The notes under the pieces are model-generated. The model worked only from the letters and a program-made list of their open reading frames with translations, made no database searches and was not told the DNA's origin. Made by a program: the position numbers and the translations under genes. A stretch of DNA of 63,929 nucleotides, filler included, from Octopus bimaculoides (lineage: Eukaryota): assembly GCF_001194135.2 (NCBI RefSeq). It is 6 parts of 4 records of this genome, joined end to end, with 100 filler letters (N's around TTAATTAATTAA, not from the genome) between each part and the next. Parts side by side here need not be neighbours in the genome. Positions count along the whole stretch, not along the records: positions 62,457 to 63,929 come from NC_068985.1; 5 more parts are not named here. One strand, given 5' to 3'. Positions 63,861 through 63,929 of this stretch are shown here, piece after piece. Position 1 is the stretch's first letter, and each line of letters starts with the position of its first letter.

Positions 63861-63929
63861 GGTGATGGTGATGGTGATGATGGTGATGATGGTGATGGTG
63901 ATGATGATGATGGTGGTGATGATGATGGT
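63800..63929. repeat. (GAT)n/(GGT) microsatellite
   Basis: Direct inspection. Confidence 0.95.

Noticed and set aside
1-63929. CRISPR arrays, rRNA, operon-like or prokaryotic defence systems
   Set aside because: No spacer-repeat arrays or rRNA similarity; the sequence is intron-rich animal DNA.

Overview
Repeat-dense, gapped eukaryotic DNA, very probably octopus (inferred from the SINE families, extreme microsatellite density and TTAATTAATTAA-padded scaffold gaps; not confirmed by a search). One protein-coding gene is supportable: a spliced, plus-strand prolyl 3-hydroxylase (P3H/leprecan)-family gene with eight exons from about 20.6 to 36.9 kb. It encodes two tandem 2-oxoglutarate dioxygenase modules. 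The first lacks the Fe-binding His/Asp ligands. The second has two homologous phase 0/0 exons, and I could not find its catalytic 3' exons. The best non-coding find is a canonical type I hammerhead ribozyme with a long bulged stem I on the sense strand of a P3H intron (28438-28517). Further Penelope-associated hammerheads lie at 28185, 28895, 41478 and 42744. The rest is SINEs (at least four families), Penelope, RTE, CRE-like, mariner and Helitron relics, MITEs (some with telomere-like repeats), microsatellites and N gaps. CpG decay marks 22.7-45.1 kb as a methylated gene body. All family assignments are by eye against remembered motifs; no database search was run.
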